Of a stretch of 64,000 nt of DNA, positions 49,590 to 61,938 are shown one piece after another. The notes under the pieces were generated by a model, which worked only from the letters and a program-made list of their open reading frames with translations, made no database searches and was not told the origin of the DNA. Every line of letters starts with the position of its first letter. The stretch's first letter is position 1. The position numbers were made by a program, and so were the translations under genes. This DNA comes from Mustelus asterias (taxonomy: Eukaryota), in the NCBI RefSeq assembly GCF_964213995.1, contig NW_027590802.1:1-64000 (forward strand), given 5' to 3'.

Positions 49590-50050
49590 TTGAAGGTTTG
49601 CTGCAGTTACTCAGGGTATTGTTGAGACCACATTTGGGATCGTGTGTGCAGTTTGGATCTCCGCATTTTAGACAGAATAAAAGCAAAATAATGAGGATGC
49701 TGGAATCTGAATCAAAAACAGAAAATGCTGGAAAATCTCAACAGCTTTAACGAGAAAGGATAGATAGCATTGAAAAACTGCAGGGATTCTATGATTCTAT
49801 GGGTTTGATAGCGTGGAGGCTGAGACATTATTTTCCCTGATCCGGGAATATAAAACAATCTCAGGATAAGGCGCTGATGATTTAGGACTAAGGTGAGAAG
49901 AAATTGCTTCACTCAAAGGGCAGTGAATATTGGGAATTCTCTACGCCAGAGGGTTGTAGATGCTCCATCATTGAACACATTTCAGCCTGGGGTTTGACAG
50001 GTTTATGATCTATCCAGGAATGAATGGAAGCAGGGATATGGAATTGGAGC
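49590..50050 (+). mobile_element. Degenerate CR1 3' fragments with a nested Penelope-like piece (about 49675-49746, minus strand)
   Basis: LRPHLGSCVQFGSPHF and FTQR...NSL remnants; aaaacagaaaatgctggaaaatctca. Confidence 0.65.
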
Positions 50051-50297
50051 AAATGCTCATCCACGAGTTTATGTTTCGATTGTAAATTTTTTAAAGTTTA
50101 ATGGTATAATGGAAACATGTAGATGATGTTATATGTAATATGTTTGAAGTCAATCGTCATTAAATAATGTTGGTAATACCAGATAACAGTACAGCAGGTA
50201 ACAATTGAGAGCTATTTTTTATTGACGCCCACGGACCCACTGCCAACCCACAACTGTTTACCTATGAATGCTGATGGCGAGAAAATAGTGAAACCGC

Positions 50298-50372
50298 CGT
50301 CCCTGGGTGGTCTTGAACCACCAAGCTTTGCAGTTAATAGCTGAACGCGCTAACCAATTGCGCCACAGAGAC
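50298..50372 (-). tRNA. tRNA-Asn-like with ATT anticodon, probably pseudo
   Basis: GTCTCTGTGGCGCAATTGGTTAGCGCGTTCAGCTATTAACTGCAAAGCTTGGTGGTTCAAGACCACCCAGGGACG. Confidence 0.8.
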
Positions 50373-51308
50373 TGAGATAACAAATGCGACAGATATTCTA
50401 AACTGGAGTGTCAATGGCCACAATTCTATTTCTGCACAATTTGTTCCAGAACTGCAGCATGACCGCACCGTGTACAATTTTATACTGGTCTCTTTGGTTA
50501 CGTTGATCCCGCAGCATTGCTGTAGTGTGTTGGTTATTCCCTTTCTCCTATGAATGTGCAGGTAAAATGAATCCATGTGCCTTAGCACAGGGAGGAATTC
50601 AATGGGAGGGAACGGAACTGACCACCAGAAGACCAAGGATCCAGTATTTTCCATTCAGTCATCAATAACACCATTCCCAGCTGCACCTCCTTCCAAATAT
50701 TGCGACCCATTTCCCTCAGGATCTGTCCAAAGATGTAATATTTTCCTTCTTTTCCCCTCATTTTGAACTGAGATTCGCTTCAATACCCAACAGAAATTGA
50801 ACTGCAAACCTGAGGGCTAACCGTGGGAAACAGGTCTCTGGGTAAAACAAATGTTCATTTTCAGATTCACAGTACTCAGCTTTTCACTCAGATGAAGGAA
50901 TTGATCACTGAAAAGCTTTGGAAACTTGGTGTGAATATTGATTGTGACTCACTCAGGTATTGTGTAAATGCTACTCGAAGGTTCAATGAGCGGGATATAA
51001 TCTATGTAAGTTTTGCTGAGTTTGTGTTCGGAGTAGTGGGAGGTTGTTTGAACCGGGTTGAATTTTGCGTCAGGAATGTGCAAGAACCCGCAGATTGAAG
51101 CTGCAGCCGCCGCCTTTTGCCGGCAGCGGCAGTGGGTGATTGGAGAATGTGGGCTAAAATCCTGCTGCGTTTCCCTGTCTCACTCACGCGGAAGAGAGAA
51201 TCATTGATGGAGTTACTTCCCCGACTGAAATGTTGCTTTGCGTGACTGTTAACGGAGGTAGCTCCGCAGGAGCTGTTAATAATCTGATGCAAAGTAATAT
51301 GGAGTAGT

Positions 51309-51403
51309 ACTCCAATGGCGCAATCGGTTAGCACGTGGTACTTATGCAATAGTGTTGCCAGAAGGCTATGCCGAGGTTGTGAGTTTGAGGCTCACTTGGA
51401 ACA
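51309..51403 (+). tRNA. Intron-containing tRNA-Ile(TAT)-like, degenerate
   Basis: CTCCAATGGCGCAATCGGTTAGCACGTGGTACTTAT-[~20 nt intron]-ATGCCGAGGTTGTGAGTTTGAGGCTCACTTGGAACA. Confidence 0.8.
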
Positions 51404-52310
51404 GATGTGTTAGGTGAGGCGATGGGGTGCTAGCATTCTCGCTCGATCAGGTAACAGTCTGGGGACCACCATGGCAGCTTTTGAAATTTGAATACAATAA
51501 AGAAGATTGGAATTAAGAATCCACTAATGACCATGAAGCCACTGTCCATTGATCCATGATTCACTCATGTCCTTTAGGGAAGGTTCTTCTCTGATCTGGC
51601 CTTCACGTGACTCCAGAGCCACAGCAGAGTTGTTGCCCCTCAACTAGGGATGGCCAATAAATGCGGGTCAGCGACGCTTATGTTCTACGAACGAACGATA
51701 AACCCAGAACGTGCAGGTTTGAGAGAAGCTTTCTAAACCGTCAGAGATGGAAACGGGAGTAAGTGAAAAATATTGGGTTTGAGTGTGCGCAGAGAGATGG
51801 GGAAGTGTAAAATACTGTTTTCAGTTAATTTTCAACAATACATTATAGATTTTCACTCTGAGTTTAAAACAACGTAGAGATGCATTTGCAGTCGCGACTT
51901 TCTACTGTAAGCGGGTGATTGGAGACTGCGGCAAGAAATCCTGCTGCTTTTCCCTGTCTCACTCACTGTGGAGCCGGAGAAGAGAGAATCATTGTTGGGT
52001 TTGTTTCCCCGTCTGCAATGTGGCTTCGAGTGACTGTTATTAACGGAACACGCGCTGTCGGAGCCTTTAATAATCTGACACAAATCAATGGCATTCAGCC
52101 GGAATCTGCAGGTTTGCGGGAAGCTTTCTGAACCATCAGAGCTGGAAACGAGAGTCAATGAAAAATGTTCTGTCGGGTGTGACTGTGTACCGAACTGTCA
52201 AGGGGAAGGGTAAATGTAACATAGTGTCAGATACAGTATTCAGTTAATATTCAACAACAAACGCGGATTATTGTTATTTTCCTCACTTTGAGGTTGAAAG
52301 TATGTATAAA

Positions 52311-52379
52311 TGTTTCTGCCCGTTGTCAAACCGGGAATATTTTGTTAGGTGAATGTGGCAATCACTACACTACGGAAAC
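52311..52379 (-). pseudogene. tRNA-Val pseudogene
   Basis: Reverse complement GTTTCCGTAGTGTAGTGATTG...CCCGGTTTGACAACGGGCAGAAACA. Confidence 0.7.
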
Positions 52380-52409
52380 AATGCGGTCCCTCCACCCTGG
52401 AAGCTTTGA

Positions 52410-53590
52410 ATGAATCTGTGCCAGAGGTCACCATTGCAGATGTCAGAGCAACTTTCTGAAAGGTCAACCCACGGAAAGCAACAGGCCCGGATGGGGTACA
52501 CGGACGAGCACTCAGATTCAGCGCGGATCAGGAGGTGAGGGGATTCACAGACACCTTCAATCTCCCTTTACAACAATTTGGGGTCCCTATCGACCGTCAT
52601 CCCAGTACCAAAGAAAAGCCAAGCAGCGTGCCTCAATGAATACCGTCCGGTGGCTCTGACATCCAGTGCTTTGAAAGGCTACTAAAAGAACAAAGAACAA
52701 TACAGCACAGGAACGGCCCTTCGGCCCTCCAAGCCCGCGCCGCTCCCTGGTCCAAACTAGACCATTCTTTTGTATCCCTCCATTCCCACTCTGTTCATGT
52801 GGCTATCTGGATAAGTCTTAAACGTTCCCAGTGTGCCCGCCTCCACCACCTTGCCCGGCAGCACATTCCAGGCGCCCACCACCCTCTGTGTAAAATATGT
52901 CCTTCTGATATCCGTGTTAAACCTCCCCCGCACCCCCCTCCCCTCACCATGAACCTATCACCCCTCGTGAACGTCACCACCGACCTGGGAAAAAGCTTCC
53001 CACCGTTCACCCTATCTATGCCTTTCATAATTTTATGCACCTCTATTAGGTCTCCCCTCATCCTCCGTCTTTCCACACGTGGCACGAATCAATTGCAGTG
53101 TCCAGGACTGCCTGGATCCACTGCATTTCTGGTTGTACCATAGTTTGCTATGGTTCCTGCTCTAAGACCGCAAGAAACTACAAAGCCCACTCCATCACGC
53201 TAACCAGCCTCCCACCCATTGACACTGTTGACACTTCCCGCTACCTCGGCAAAGCAGTCAGCATAATTAATGACCCCATGCACCCCAGAAATGATCTCTT
53301 CCCCCTTCTTCAGTCGGGAAAAAGATACAAATGTCTGAGGACACGTACCAACCGATTCAAGAACAGCTTCTTCCCTGCTGCTATCAGACTTTTCAATGGA
53401 CCAATCTCGCACTAAGTTGATCCTTCTCTACACCCTAGCTATGATTGTAACACTGCATTCTGCACTCTCATTTCTTTCTCTATGAACAGTATTCCTTGTC
53501 TATATAGCGCATAACAAATACTAATTTTCCACTGTATGCCAATACATGTGACAATAATAATAAATCAAATCAAATCAAATCAAATCAAAC
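52410..53590 (+). mobile_element. Rex1/Babar-like LINE (internally deleted) with a nested minus-strand CR1 3' end at about 52686-53075
   Basis: KATGPDG, LNEYRPVALT and RFKNSFFPAAIRL motifs and a (tcaaa)n tail; the nested CR1 has a caaagaa tail. Confidence 0.8.
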
Positions 53591-54209
53591 ACCCACAGAA
53601 ACATAGTGAATGTTGAGAAGTTCTTTGTTTTAACACAGGGTATCACTGAATGGGACTCTGAATGACGGTAACTGGCAACATCCCATAATAGTCTGATTAG
53701 TCAGAATGTCAATCACCAGTCTCGCTCAGAATGAGGAGAAAGTGAAGCTCCCCTCTCTACTCCCCTTCCCCACCATTGACAGTCCTGGCCTCTGCAGCAA
53801 ATTCCCGTCTGCAAATAAAACCCGGATTGATCCATCTTCATCATTACGAACAAAAGCCTGTTTGCAGCTGAAGCTCTGATATTGTGTGATTATATTTTTT
53901 TCTAACCAAATGCCATGTTTTACCAATTGATTAATAATGCGTGTTAGTTAATTGACTGTTCTTTTGTTCACAGCCGTTCAGTGTGACGATCAAAGCTCCC
54001 ATCCTGAGCAGATGCTGTCTCGGGAAAGGGAATCGCTTGAACTGAACTGTCGGATCCCCGATGGTTCTGGTATCTGTTGGGTGAATGTTTGATCCGATGT
54101 TATTCTGGTTTCCTCTCGCTGTATTTGAACAGCTGACAGCGCCGCTGTTCATTGTGACTACCTGCCCGCGATTCTAAACAACCCGCAGCAGACAGGAGCA
54201 CCTATCTAG

Positions 54210-54248
54210 AGTTTTCCTACGGCTGTGGGAATGTTTTCTATCACTGTG
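54210..54248 (-). promoter_or_regulatory. Recombination signal sequence, 23-bp spacer
   Basis: Perfect heptamer CACAGTG + 23 nt + degenerate nonamer AGGAAAACT. Confidence 0.8.
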
Positions 54249-54978
54249 AGACTGAAAGCGCAGTAATACGCAGCAGAGTCAGTCCACTACAGACCCAATG
54301 TATTTAAACTAGTCACTTTTTTCCCACTCTGGAGTTGCTGCAAAATCTGCTTTATCCTCAGTATCCCAGGAGCTTTTACTCACGATAAATTCCGTTTGTA
54401 GATCTGGGAGCTGTCGATACCAATCTAAATAAAGTTTAGATTTATTTATTTGTCAGAAGTAATGTTTGCATTAACACTGAAATGAAGTTACTGTGAAATC
54501 CCCTCGGTCGCCACACTCCGGCGGCTGTTCGGGTCAATGCACCTAACCAGGACGTCTTTCAGAATGTGGGAGGAAACCACAGCACGCAGATGAAACCCAC
54601 GCAGACACAGGGAGAACGTGCAAACTCCACACAGACAGTGACCCAAGCCAGGAATCAAACCCGCGTCCCTGGTCCTGTGAAGCACTGTGCTACCCTGCCG
54701 CCAGTGCCAGCAATAATAGTTGCTGGCTGTGGCATCAAAGGTGCAGGTCATTGTCACCTCTTCTCCTTGTGCCTTAACATGTGAGGAGCGTCGCTGAGTC
54801 ACAGAATCTTAGTTAGATCTGGAAAGAGAAGAAATATAATCACATCTGAACAGTTCAGGCTATAGGGTGCTAAGATTTGAACCGTGCTTGATAAATGCGA
54901 GAAAAGATTAAATGTATTTAATCTCCAAGCACCTGCTCGGAATGATCCGCACACAACCCAGATGCTGAGCAGCCGCAT
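54249..54978 (-). pseudogene. TCR delta/alpha-like V pseudogene (V3): leader 54978-54933, V exon 54818-54249 split by a SINE
   Basis: Leader MRLLSIWVVCGSFRA|gt. V reads DSVTQRRSS...EEVTMTCTFDATASNYY [SINE] WYRQLPDLQTEFIVSKSSWDTEDKADFA/..KKVTSLNTLGL*WTDSAAYYCAFS. Confidence 0.88.
54425..54701 (-). mobile_element. HE1/V-SINE inserted into the V3 exon
   Basis: Reverse complement of ggcggcagggtagcacagtg...ggtcactgtctgtgtggagtttgcacgttctccc. Confidence 0.9.
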
Positions 54979-55769
54979 TGTCGCTTTCCTCTGTGTAAAA
55001 GTGAGTTGGGTATTTGACGGTATCTGTTCTGCATCCCACTCCCAATAATCTGTTGTTGCCTCAAAATATCTTCATCTCACTTCTTGTATCGCTGGGGACG
55101 CTGTGAACCCAGTGGATGGTGAGCTGGTGATTAGCAAATGGAATCACCCCGAGCTGGGTGACTCATTCTCAGATTTTGGTTCCAGAATTCACGAGCAGAG
55201 TGAGTGTCACTGTCTGGTTATACTGACCCCGGATATCGATCTTTTGGTTTTATTCCATTCGTACTTTCGAATTCCCATTGTCTCATTTGCAGGTAACGAC
55301 GACTCCCACTCAGGGGTTTTGTTTTTCTTCACACTTTCAAAGGATTTCACAATCGCGGCCGATGCTATAATGTGTCGTTCATCCCTAATAGACCCAAGGG
55401 ATTTGGTTGACATTTTGCTGGTGCTCGTGCCGAAGGCTCCCAACATAAAAGCTGCTCATTCACTATTAGAGCTACCCAAAGCTAACATAAAGTATATGAA
55501 GGAGGAGGGCGCCAAGGGTGTTTTGAAAGGAACAATGCGGTCCAGTTAAAAAGAAATGGCAACAGTTATTCAGTAAAATGGGGCGTTACTGACCGATTTA
55601 TGCAGTCTGGGATGCGTCGAGCAGCAGATGGGGTCAGACAAAATGTGGTGTGTCGTTCAGGACAAAAATAAATAAAACATCTTGTTAACGTTCATGTTAG
55701 CTTAAACGTTCATCATCGATTTCAAAATAGAACACAGCATACATGTGAAATACTTCATTCATTGCTCTT

Positions 55770-57450
55770 CCTGCCAGATGTCGGGGTTCAGGGAGCATTC
55801 TAGTGGCCCTGACGGCTATGTCTGCGGTAAGTTTGACTAGCTACAGCTCCTCACACACAGCATGGTTCGGTTGGAGCAGCAGCTGGACACACTACGGAGC
55901 ATCCAGGGAGTATAAAACATGATGGACACTGGCTTCAAAGAAGTAGTCACAACACTGATCCAGATAGGTCGATGGATGACCTCCAGGAGAGGCAGGCAGG
56001 AAATGCAAGAGTCTCCTGTAGCTATTCCCCTCCCATACATATATACCTTTATAGATTTTGTTGGAGGTTGGGGGCAGATAGACTCTCAGGAGGAAATACC
56101 AGCAACAACCAAGCCTGTGGCAACACAACGGGTTCTGCTGGAGAGCAAGGTCGGGCTAGGTCTTAGCGAGTGATAGTAGAAGGATTCTCGATAGTCAGGG
56201 ACACAGAATGACGTTTCTGAGGCAGCGAACGACACTCCCGGATGCAGTGTACAAGGATCCATGGCTGTCTCTGAGCAGGTACAGGGCATATGAAACGGGA
56301 GGGTAAACAGACAGATATCATTGCCCACATTGGCGCCAACGACATAAACATGAAGAGGGAGGAGTCCTGCAAAGACGTTTCTGGGAGTTAGGTAGGAATC
56401 TACAAAGCAGGACCACGAGGATAGTAATCTCAGGATTGCTGCCAGTGCCACGTGCTATTGAGGCTTGTCACTGGGATGTCTTCTGTTGTTTGCAGTGTAT
56501 ATAAATGATCTGAAGGAAAATGTGGGTGGTCTGATTAGTAAGTTTGCAGATGAAACGAAGGTTGGTGGAGTTACTGGTAGTGCTGGGGATTGTCAGAGGA
56601 TACAGCAGGATCCAGTTAGACTGGAAACTTGGGCACAGAAATGCCAGATGGAGGTAAATCGGGACAAATGCGAGGTAATGCATTTTGGAGGATCAGATTT
56701 AGGTGTGAGTTACACTGTAAATGGCAGAACCCTTCGGCACATGAACATACAGAGAGATCTGGGCATGTGGGTACACATCCACCAAAAAGAGGCAACACAG
56801 GTGACCAAGGTGATAAAGAAGGAATATGGCATCCTTACATTCATCGGCCGGGGCATTGAGTAAAATAGTTGGAAAGTCATGTTGCAACTATATAAAACGT
56901 TTGTTCTGGCGCATTTAGAGTATTGTGTGCAGTTTCCGTTGCCACAGTACCAGAATGACGTGGAATCTTTGGCGAGAGTGCAAAGAAAGTTCACCAGGAC
57001 GTTGCCTGGTCTCGAGGGTGTTGGCTGTGAGGAGAGTTTTAATAATCTAGGATTATTTTCACCAGAAGGACGGAGGCTGAGGGAACTGAGAAGACCAGAC
57101 AGAGGTCTGCAAAATTACGAGAGGCATAGACAGGATGGATAGTCAAAGGCTTTTTCCCAGGGCGCAAGTGTCATTTACAAGGGGGGCAGTGGTTCAAGGT
57201 GAGAGGGGAAAATTTTAAGGAGAAGTCTTTCACACAGAGAGTGGAGGGTGCCTGCAACGCGCTGCCAGAGAAGGTTGTGGAAGAAGAGACATAAACAACT
57301 TTTAAGAGGCATCTGGATGGGTGCATGAAAAGGGAGGGATCTAGATCGTAAGCATAGGAGGTTTTTTTAGTTAGGGCATTATGATGGGCATGGACCTGGA
57401 GGACGGAAGGGCCTGTTTTTGTGCTGTACTTTTCCTTGTTCAATGTTTTT
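55770..57450 (+). mobile_element. CR1 LINE with an ORF1 remnant fused by internal deletion to the ORF2 3' half
   Basis: CGK..LQLL zinc-finger/leucine-zipper and esterase-like (IVRD, HIGANDI) remnants, then INDL, KFADETK and LEYCVQF. Confidence 0.8.
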
Positions 57451-58321
57451 TGTACTAAATCAATTAAGTAAAGGAAATCACTGAAACGCAAAAGGACAAA
57501 TGAGTTTCTAACATGACAGAGACAGGAGGAGCTGGTTTTGTGTTCGAGTTCAGGCTTGAATTTAGCATTTACCATTAGTGCATCTAATTAATGTTGATGC
57601 CAATTGTTGCGGGCTTTGATATCAGTCTTTTAATTGATCACAACTTTACCCTTTGAGTAAGCCAGAAAAGTAACAGAATTTTCTTTAAAAGATTTTAATA
57701 TAAGCTTTAGCAACGACCCTGGGAAACTACAGTTCATATCCCTGGCTAGAAAGTTACCCAGAGATATTTCATGATACAAAGGCAACTAAAGTTTTCAAAA
57801 TCGATGACAAGTAATTAGCATAAACCAATCACAATCACTTTATGCTTACTTCATTATAACATCCAATCATCAAGAAAACTTAAGAGTACAGCTCGCTTTT
57901 GTATCTGTGAATCACTCCCATTTTCCAGTAGTAGATGTCTAATTCATGTGCTTTGCCAGTCTCATGGCCTTGGTGTCTCTCTATGAAGCTGTTATAAGAA
58001 GACTTTTGTTTTTCTTCCTGTGTGAATTTTAAACTTATGTGACTATTAACTATTTTACCAACGCATGGTTTTGAGGGAGGGGGACAATAGAATTTGCAGC
58101 CAGCACTTTTGCTCATAAAAATAATAGAATCACCCACCTTGCCACCCACCGGCAAGAAACCAGGAGTTAATTTGTTTGTTAACCGAAGTGTGAGTAATGT
58201 GCATTGTTATCATGTAATTGATCCTCTGGAGACAATCACACAGGATAAATGAGATGCCCTTGGAGCGTGTGGCATAGCTAAGGTGAGCGGGTTGGAGAGT
58301 TTTCTCCCTTTGTGAAAAACG

Positions 58322-58391
58322 ATGCATGGACCAGCGAATGGCCCTTTCTATGCCGTTTACTATCCCGTTCTCGCTGCAGTTGGCATTCCAG
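58322..58391 (+). CDS. GPR139-like gene 2, exon 1 (not in the ORF track)
   Basis: ATG...MHGPANGPFYAVYYPVLAAVGIP-G|gtaatt. Same YYP...VG.P motif and phase-1 intron position as gene 1. Confidence 0.85.
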
Positions 58392-58534
58392 GTAATTTTT
58401 TAATTCCAAAAAGAACTTTGTTTTTGTTCGCGATGATTATATTGGTTGCATTGTGATGTCTCGACAGAATAGAATGGAGTGAATATTAATCATTCATGTA
58501 ACTTCTCATATTCAATAACACTTGTTCTTGTTAG

Positions 58535-60375
58535 AAATATCGAAATGATTTGGAGGAAAATTTAACTGGTTTGATTCGTAAGTTTGCAGGCGACACAAAG
58601 ATTGGTGGAATTGTGGATAGGGATGATGACTGTCAGAGGATGCATCAGGATATAGATTTGTTGGAGACCTGGGCAGAGAGATGGTAGATGGAGTTCATAG
58701 AACATAGAACAGTACAGCACAGAACAGGCCCTTCGGCCCACGATGTTGTGCCGAGCTTTATCTGAATCCAAGATCAAGCTATCCCACTCCCTATCATCCT
58801 GGTGTGCTCCATGTGCCTATCCAATAACCGCTTAAATGTTCCTAAAGTGTCTGACTCCACTATCACTGCAGGCAGTCCATTCCACACTCCAACCACTCTC
58901 TGCGTAAAGAACCTACCTCTGATATCCTTCCTGTATCTCCCACCACGAACCCTATAGTTATGCCCCCTTGTAATAGCTCCATCCACCCGAGGAAATAGAC
59001 TTTGAACGTTCACTCTATCTATCCCATTCATCATTTTAGAAACCTCTATTAAGTCTCCCCTCAGCCTCCTCCGCTCCAGAGAGAACAGCCCTAGCTCCCG
59101 CAACCTTTCCTCATAAGACCTACCCTCCAAACCAGGCAGCATTCTGGTAAATCTCCTCTGCACTCTTTCCAGCGCTTCCACATCCTTCTTATAGTGAGGT
59201 GACCAGAACTGCCCACAATATTCCAAATGTGGTCTCACCAAGGTCCTGCACAGTTGCAGCATAGCCCCATGGCTCTTAAACTCCAAGCCCCTGTTAATAA
59301 AAGCTAACACACTGTAGGCCTTCTTCACAGCTCTATCCACTTGAGTGGCAACCTTTAGAGATCTGTGGATATGAACTCCAAGACCTCTCTTTTCCTCCAC
59401 AGTCTTCGGAACCCTACCTTTGACCCTGTAATCCACATTTAAATTAGTCCTACCAAAATGAATCACCTCACATTTATCAGGGTTAAACTCCGGAGAAATG
59501 TGAGGTAATGCAGAAAGTTCAATCCGGAGAAATGTGAGGTAATGCAGAAAGTTCAATCCGGAGAAATGTGAGGTAATGCATTTTGGAAGGTCTGATAAAG
59601 TTGGGAAATATACAGTAAATGGCTGATCCCTTAAGAGTATTGATAGGCAGAGTAATCTGGGTATACAGCTACGCAGGTCACTGAAAGTGGCAACGCAGGT
59701 GGAGAAGGTAGTCAAGATGGCATATGGCATGCTTGCTTTCATCAGCCAGGGCATTCAGTTGAAAAATTGGCAAGTCATATTGCAGTCTTATTGAATCTTA
59801 GTTAGGCCGCACTTGGGAAATAATGTTCAATTCTGTTCGCCACACTACCAGAAGGATGTGGAGTCATTGGAGAGGGTACAGAAAAGACTTTCGAAAATGT
59901 TGCCTGGAAGGAAGGGCATTAGCTATGAGGAGAGGTTGGAGAAACTTGGTTTGTTCTCACTGCAACGACGGAGGCTGAGGGGCGACCTGATAGTCGTCTA
60001 AAGGATTATGAGGGTCATGGACAGAGTAGATAACCAGAAGCTTCTTCCCAGGGCAGAAGAGTCAATTACTAGGAGGCATAGGTTTACGGTGTGAAGGGCA
60101 AATATTAAAGGACATTTACGAGGCAAATTCTCTACACAGAGAGTGGTGGGTGACTGGAACTCGCTGCCAGGTGAGGTAGTGGAAACAGGTGCAACCGTGA
60201 CTTTTAAGTGGCGTCTTGACAAGTACATGAATAGGATGGGAATAGAGGGATAATGTTCCCAGATTGGTCGGGTATTTTGTTCTGTTCAGTCGGGCAGCAT
60301 GGCCGGTGCAGGCTTTTAGGGCCGCAGTGCCTGCTCTTGTCCTGTAATTTTCTTTGATCTTTGTTATTTGTTCTT
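58535..60375 (+). mobile_element. CR1 3' fragment (58535-58696 and 59489-60375) in the GPCR2 intron, interrupted by an antisense CR1
   Basis: ...W.MEF | NPEKCEVMHFG... is continuous across the insertion; ttctttg-like tail. Confidence 0.88.
58696..59490 (-). mobile_element. Young 5'-truncated CR1
   Basis: Open frame EFNPDKCEVIHFG...FFTQRVVGVWNGLP; catagaa tail. Confidence 0.93.
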
Positions 60376-60521
60376 AAAACGTGAAACCTTCTGGTGTAGA
60401 TCTTCTGTTAAATATGAGGTTTGTGGGCTTCAATTCAAACGATAATGCCCTGACCAGGATCCGAAAAGAAAGGCCTAGTGTTTGGAATCAGATTTTCAAC
60501 ATTTTTAACCCTCCCTTACAG

Positions 60522-61423
60522 CCAATTTGATGGCTATCGTGATCCTATCCAGAGGACGGTGTGGACTGTCCCAGTGTATCACCTACTACCTGGTAGCAAT
60601 CGCGGTGACTGATTTCCTGGTTATGATTTCTGCTGTCATCCTCAACCGGATCGGTGGCATTTACTTTCGATACAGTGTCCTCTCCACCACCCCCGGGTGC
60701 ACGGTCAGCAGCGTCCTGGTATATACCACCCGTGATGGGTCCGTCTGGCTGACTGTAGCCTTCACCATCGACCGTTTTGTGGCCATCTGCTGCCAGAGCC
60801 TGAAGACCAGATACTGCACCGAGAAAACAGCATTGCTGGTTATCGGAATAGTCTGTGCACTGAGCTGTGTCAAAAACATCCCTTTCTTCTTCACCTATCA
60901 GCCCTTGTATATCCTAGACGGGGTGCCTTGGTTCTGTGATATCAAGTCCACCTTCTACACGTTAACCATCTGGCAGGCCTATCTCTGGCTAGACCGCATA
61001 TTAACACCATTGTTTCCATTCTTCCTGATCCTGCTGCTCAACGCTCTGACTGTGAGGCACATCTTAGCAGCCAGCAGGGCCCGCAGGAGACTCCGGGGTT
61101 CCGAGAGTCGGGGAGACATGGAGATGGAAAACCGCAAGCGGTCTATTGTCCTGCTTTTCGCCATCTCCCTCAGCTTCCTCCTCCTGTGGGTCATATATGT
61201 CGGTCATTTCCTCTACGTACAGATTTCGGGTGAGCCATACTTCACCGGCCTGGATTTCAATGATCCGCAGTACATCCTTCAGGAGACGACCAACATGCTG
61301 CAACTACTTAGCTCCTGCACTAACATCTTCATTTACGCAGTGATTCAGACCAGATTCAGGGAAGAGATCAAGAACCTGTTGATGTATCCGTTCGCCACCC
61401 TCAAAGGTTTTCTGAAACGGTGA
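60522..61423 (+). CDS. GPR139/GPR142-like orphan GPCR, gene 2, exon 2 (spliced product about 323 aa)
   Basis: Acceptor cccttacag. Reads ANLMAIVIL, FTIDRFVAIC, PFFLILLLN, RKRSIVLLF, LQLLSSCTNIFIY. AATAAA lies just after the stop. Confidence 0.93.
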
Positions 61424-61609
61424 AAGAATAAAGAAACGTTTGCTTTTCTCAGTTAAAGCCTCATTATACATTACCTGCCACCATTGTCTGTCTTCCATCC
61501 TAATGTCTCAGTACATGCCACTTTATGTCCGTCAGCTGAATAAAAAAGTCAATGTTTGGGAGCGACTTCGAAAACCTAACGACTATAATGCCGGCTAAGA
61601 GTTCTCTGT

Positions 61610-61782
61610 CACCAGAACTGAAGCAGTGCTGCATTGTTGGCGGTTTCTTGTTTGTTGGTCTGATACATAACCCATGCAATGCGTCTGCCATCTGAGTGAA
61701 ATTGCAGTGACCTCAGGGTCATTTTGACAAAGAAGAATGTCAGGAATTTATCCCAGAGCCTTGGGTTAATATTTATGCTTAA
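61610..61782 (+). mobile_element. Old Deu-domain-type SINE fragment
   Basis: gtgctgcattgttggcggt...gtctgcc...aagaag...aatatttat resembles the DeuSINE core. Confidence 0.45.
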
Positions 61783-61829
61783 TTGGCACCCCTGAACCAA
61801 TCCCCTGCCCATCAATCTAACCAGTTGCA

Positions 61830-61938
61830 GAGTAAAGCAAAACAGATATCGTGGCTGGAATTTCGAAATGTGAGAGTTGAAGACACCGTTTCCTATTACG
61901 GTGAAGCTCCGTACTGGTATGATGACTGGTCTGGGACT
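61830..61938 (+). pseudogene. 3' fragment of an Ig-type V domain, NAR-TCR V-like (Cys104->Gly)
   Basis: SKAKQISWLEFRNVRVEDTVSYYGEAPYWYDDWSGT has the FR3 pattern L.I..V.VEDT..YYC and is followed directly by a heptamer. Confidence 0.65.

Noticed and set aside
53958-53985. Possible 12-RSS (CACACTG + 11-12 nt + ACAAAAGAA, minus strand) downstream of V3, suggesting a D segment
   Set aside because: The spacer/nonamer register is imperfect and no matching 5' RSS flanks a D core.
55103-55549. Overlapping 148-aa (+) and 79-aa (-) ORFs upstream of V3
   Set aside because: No recognisable domain or convincing splice sites.
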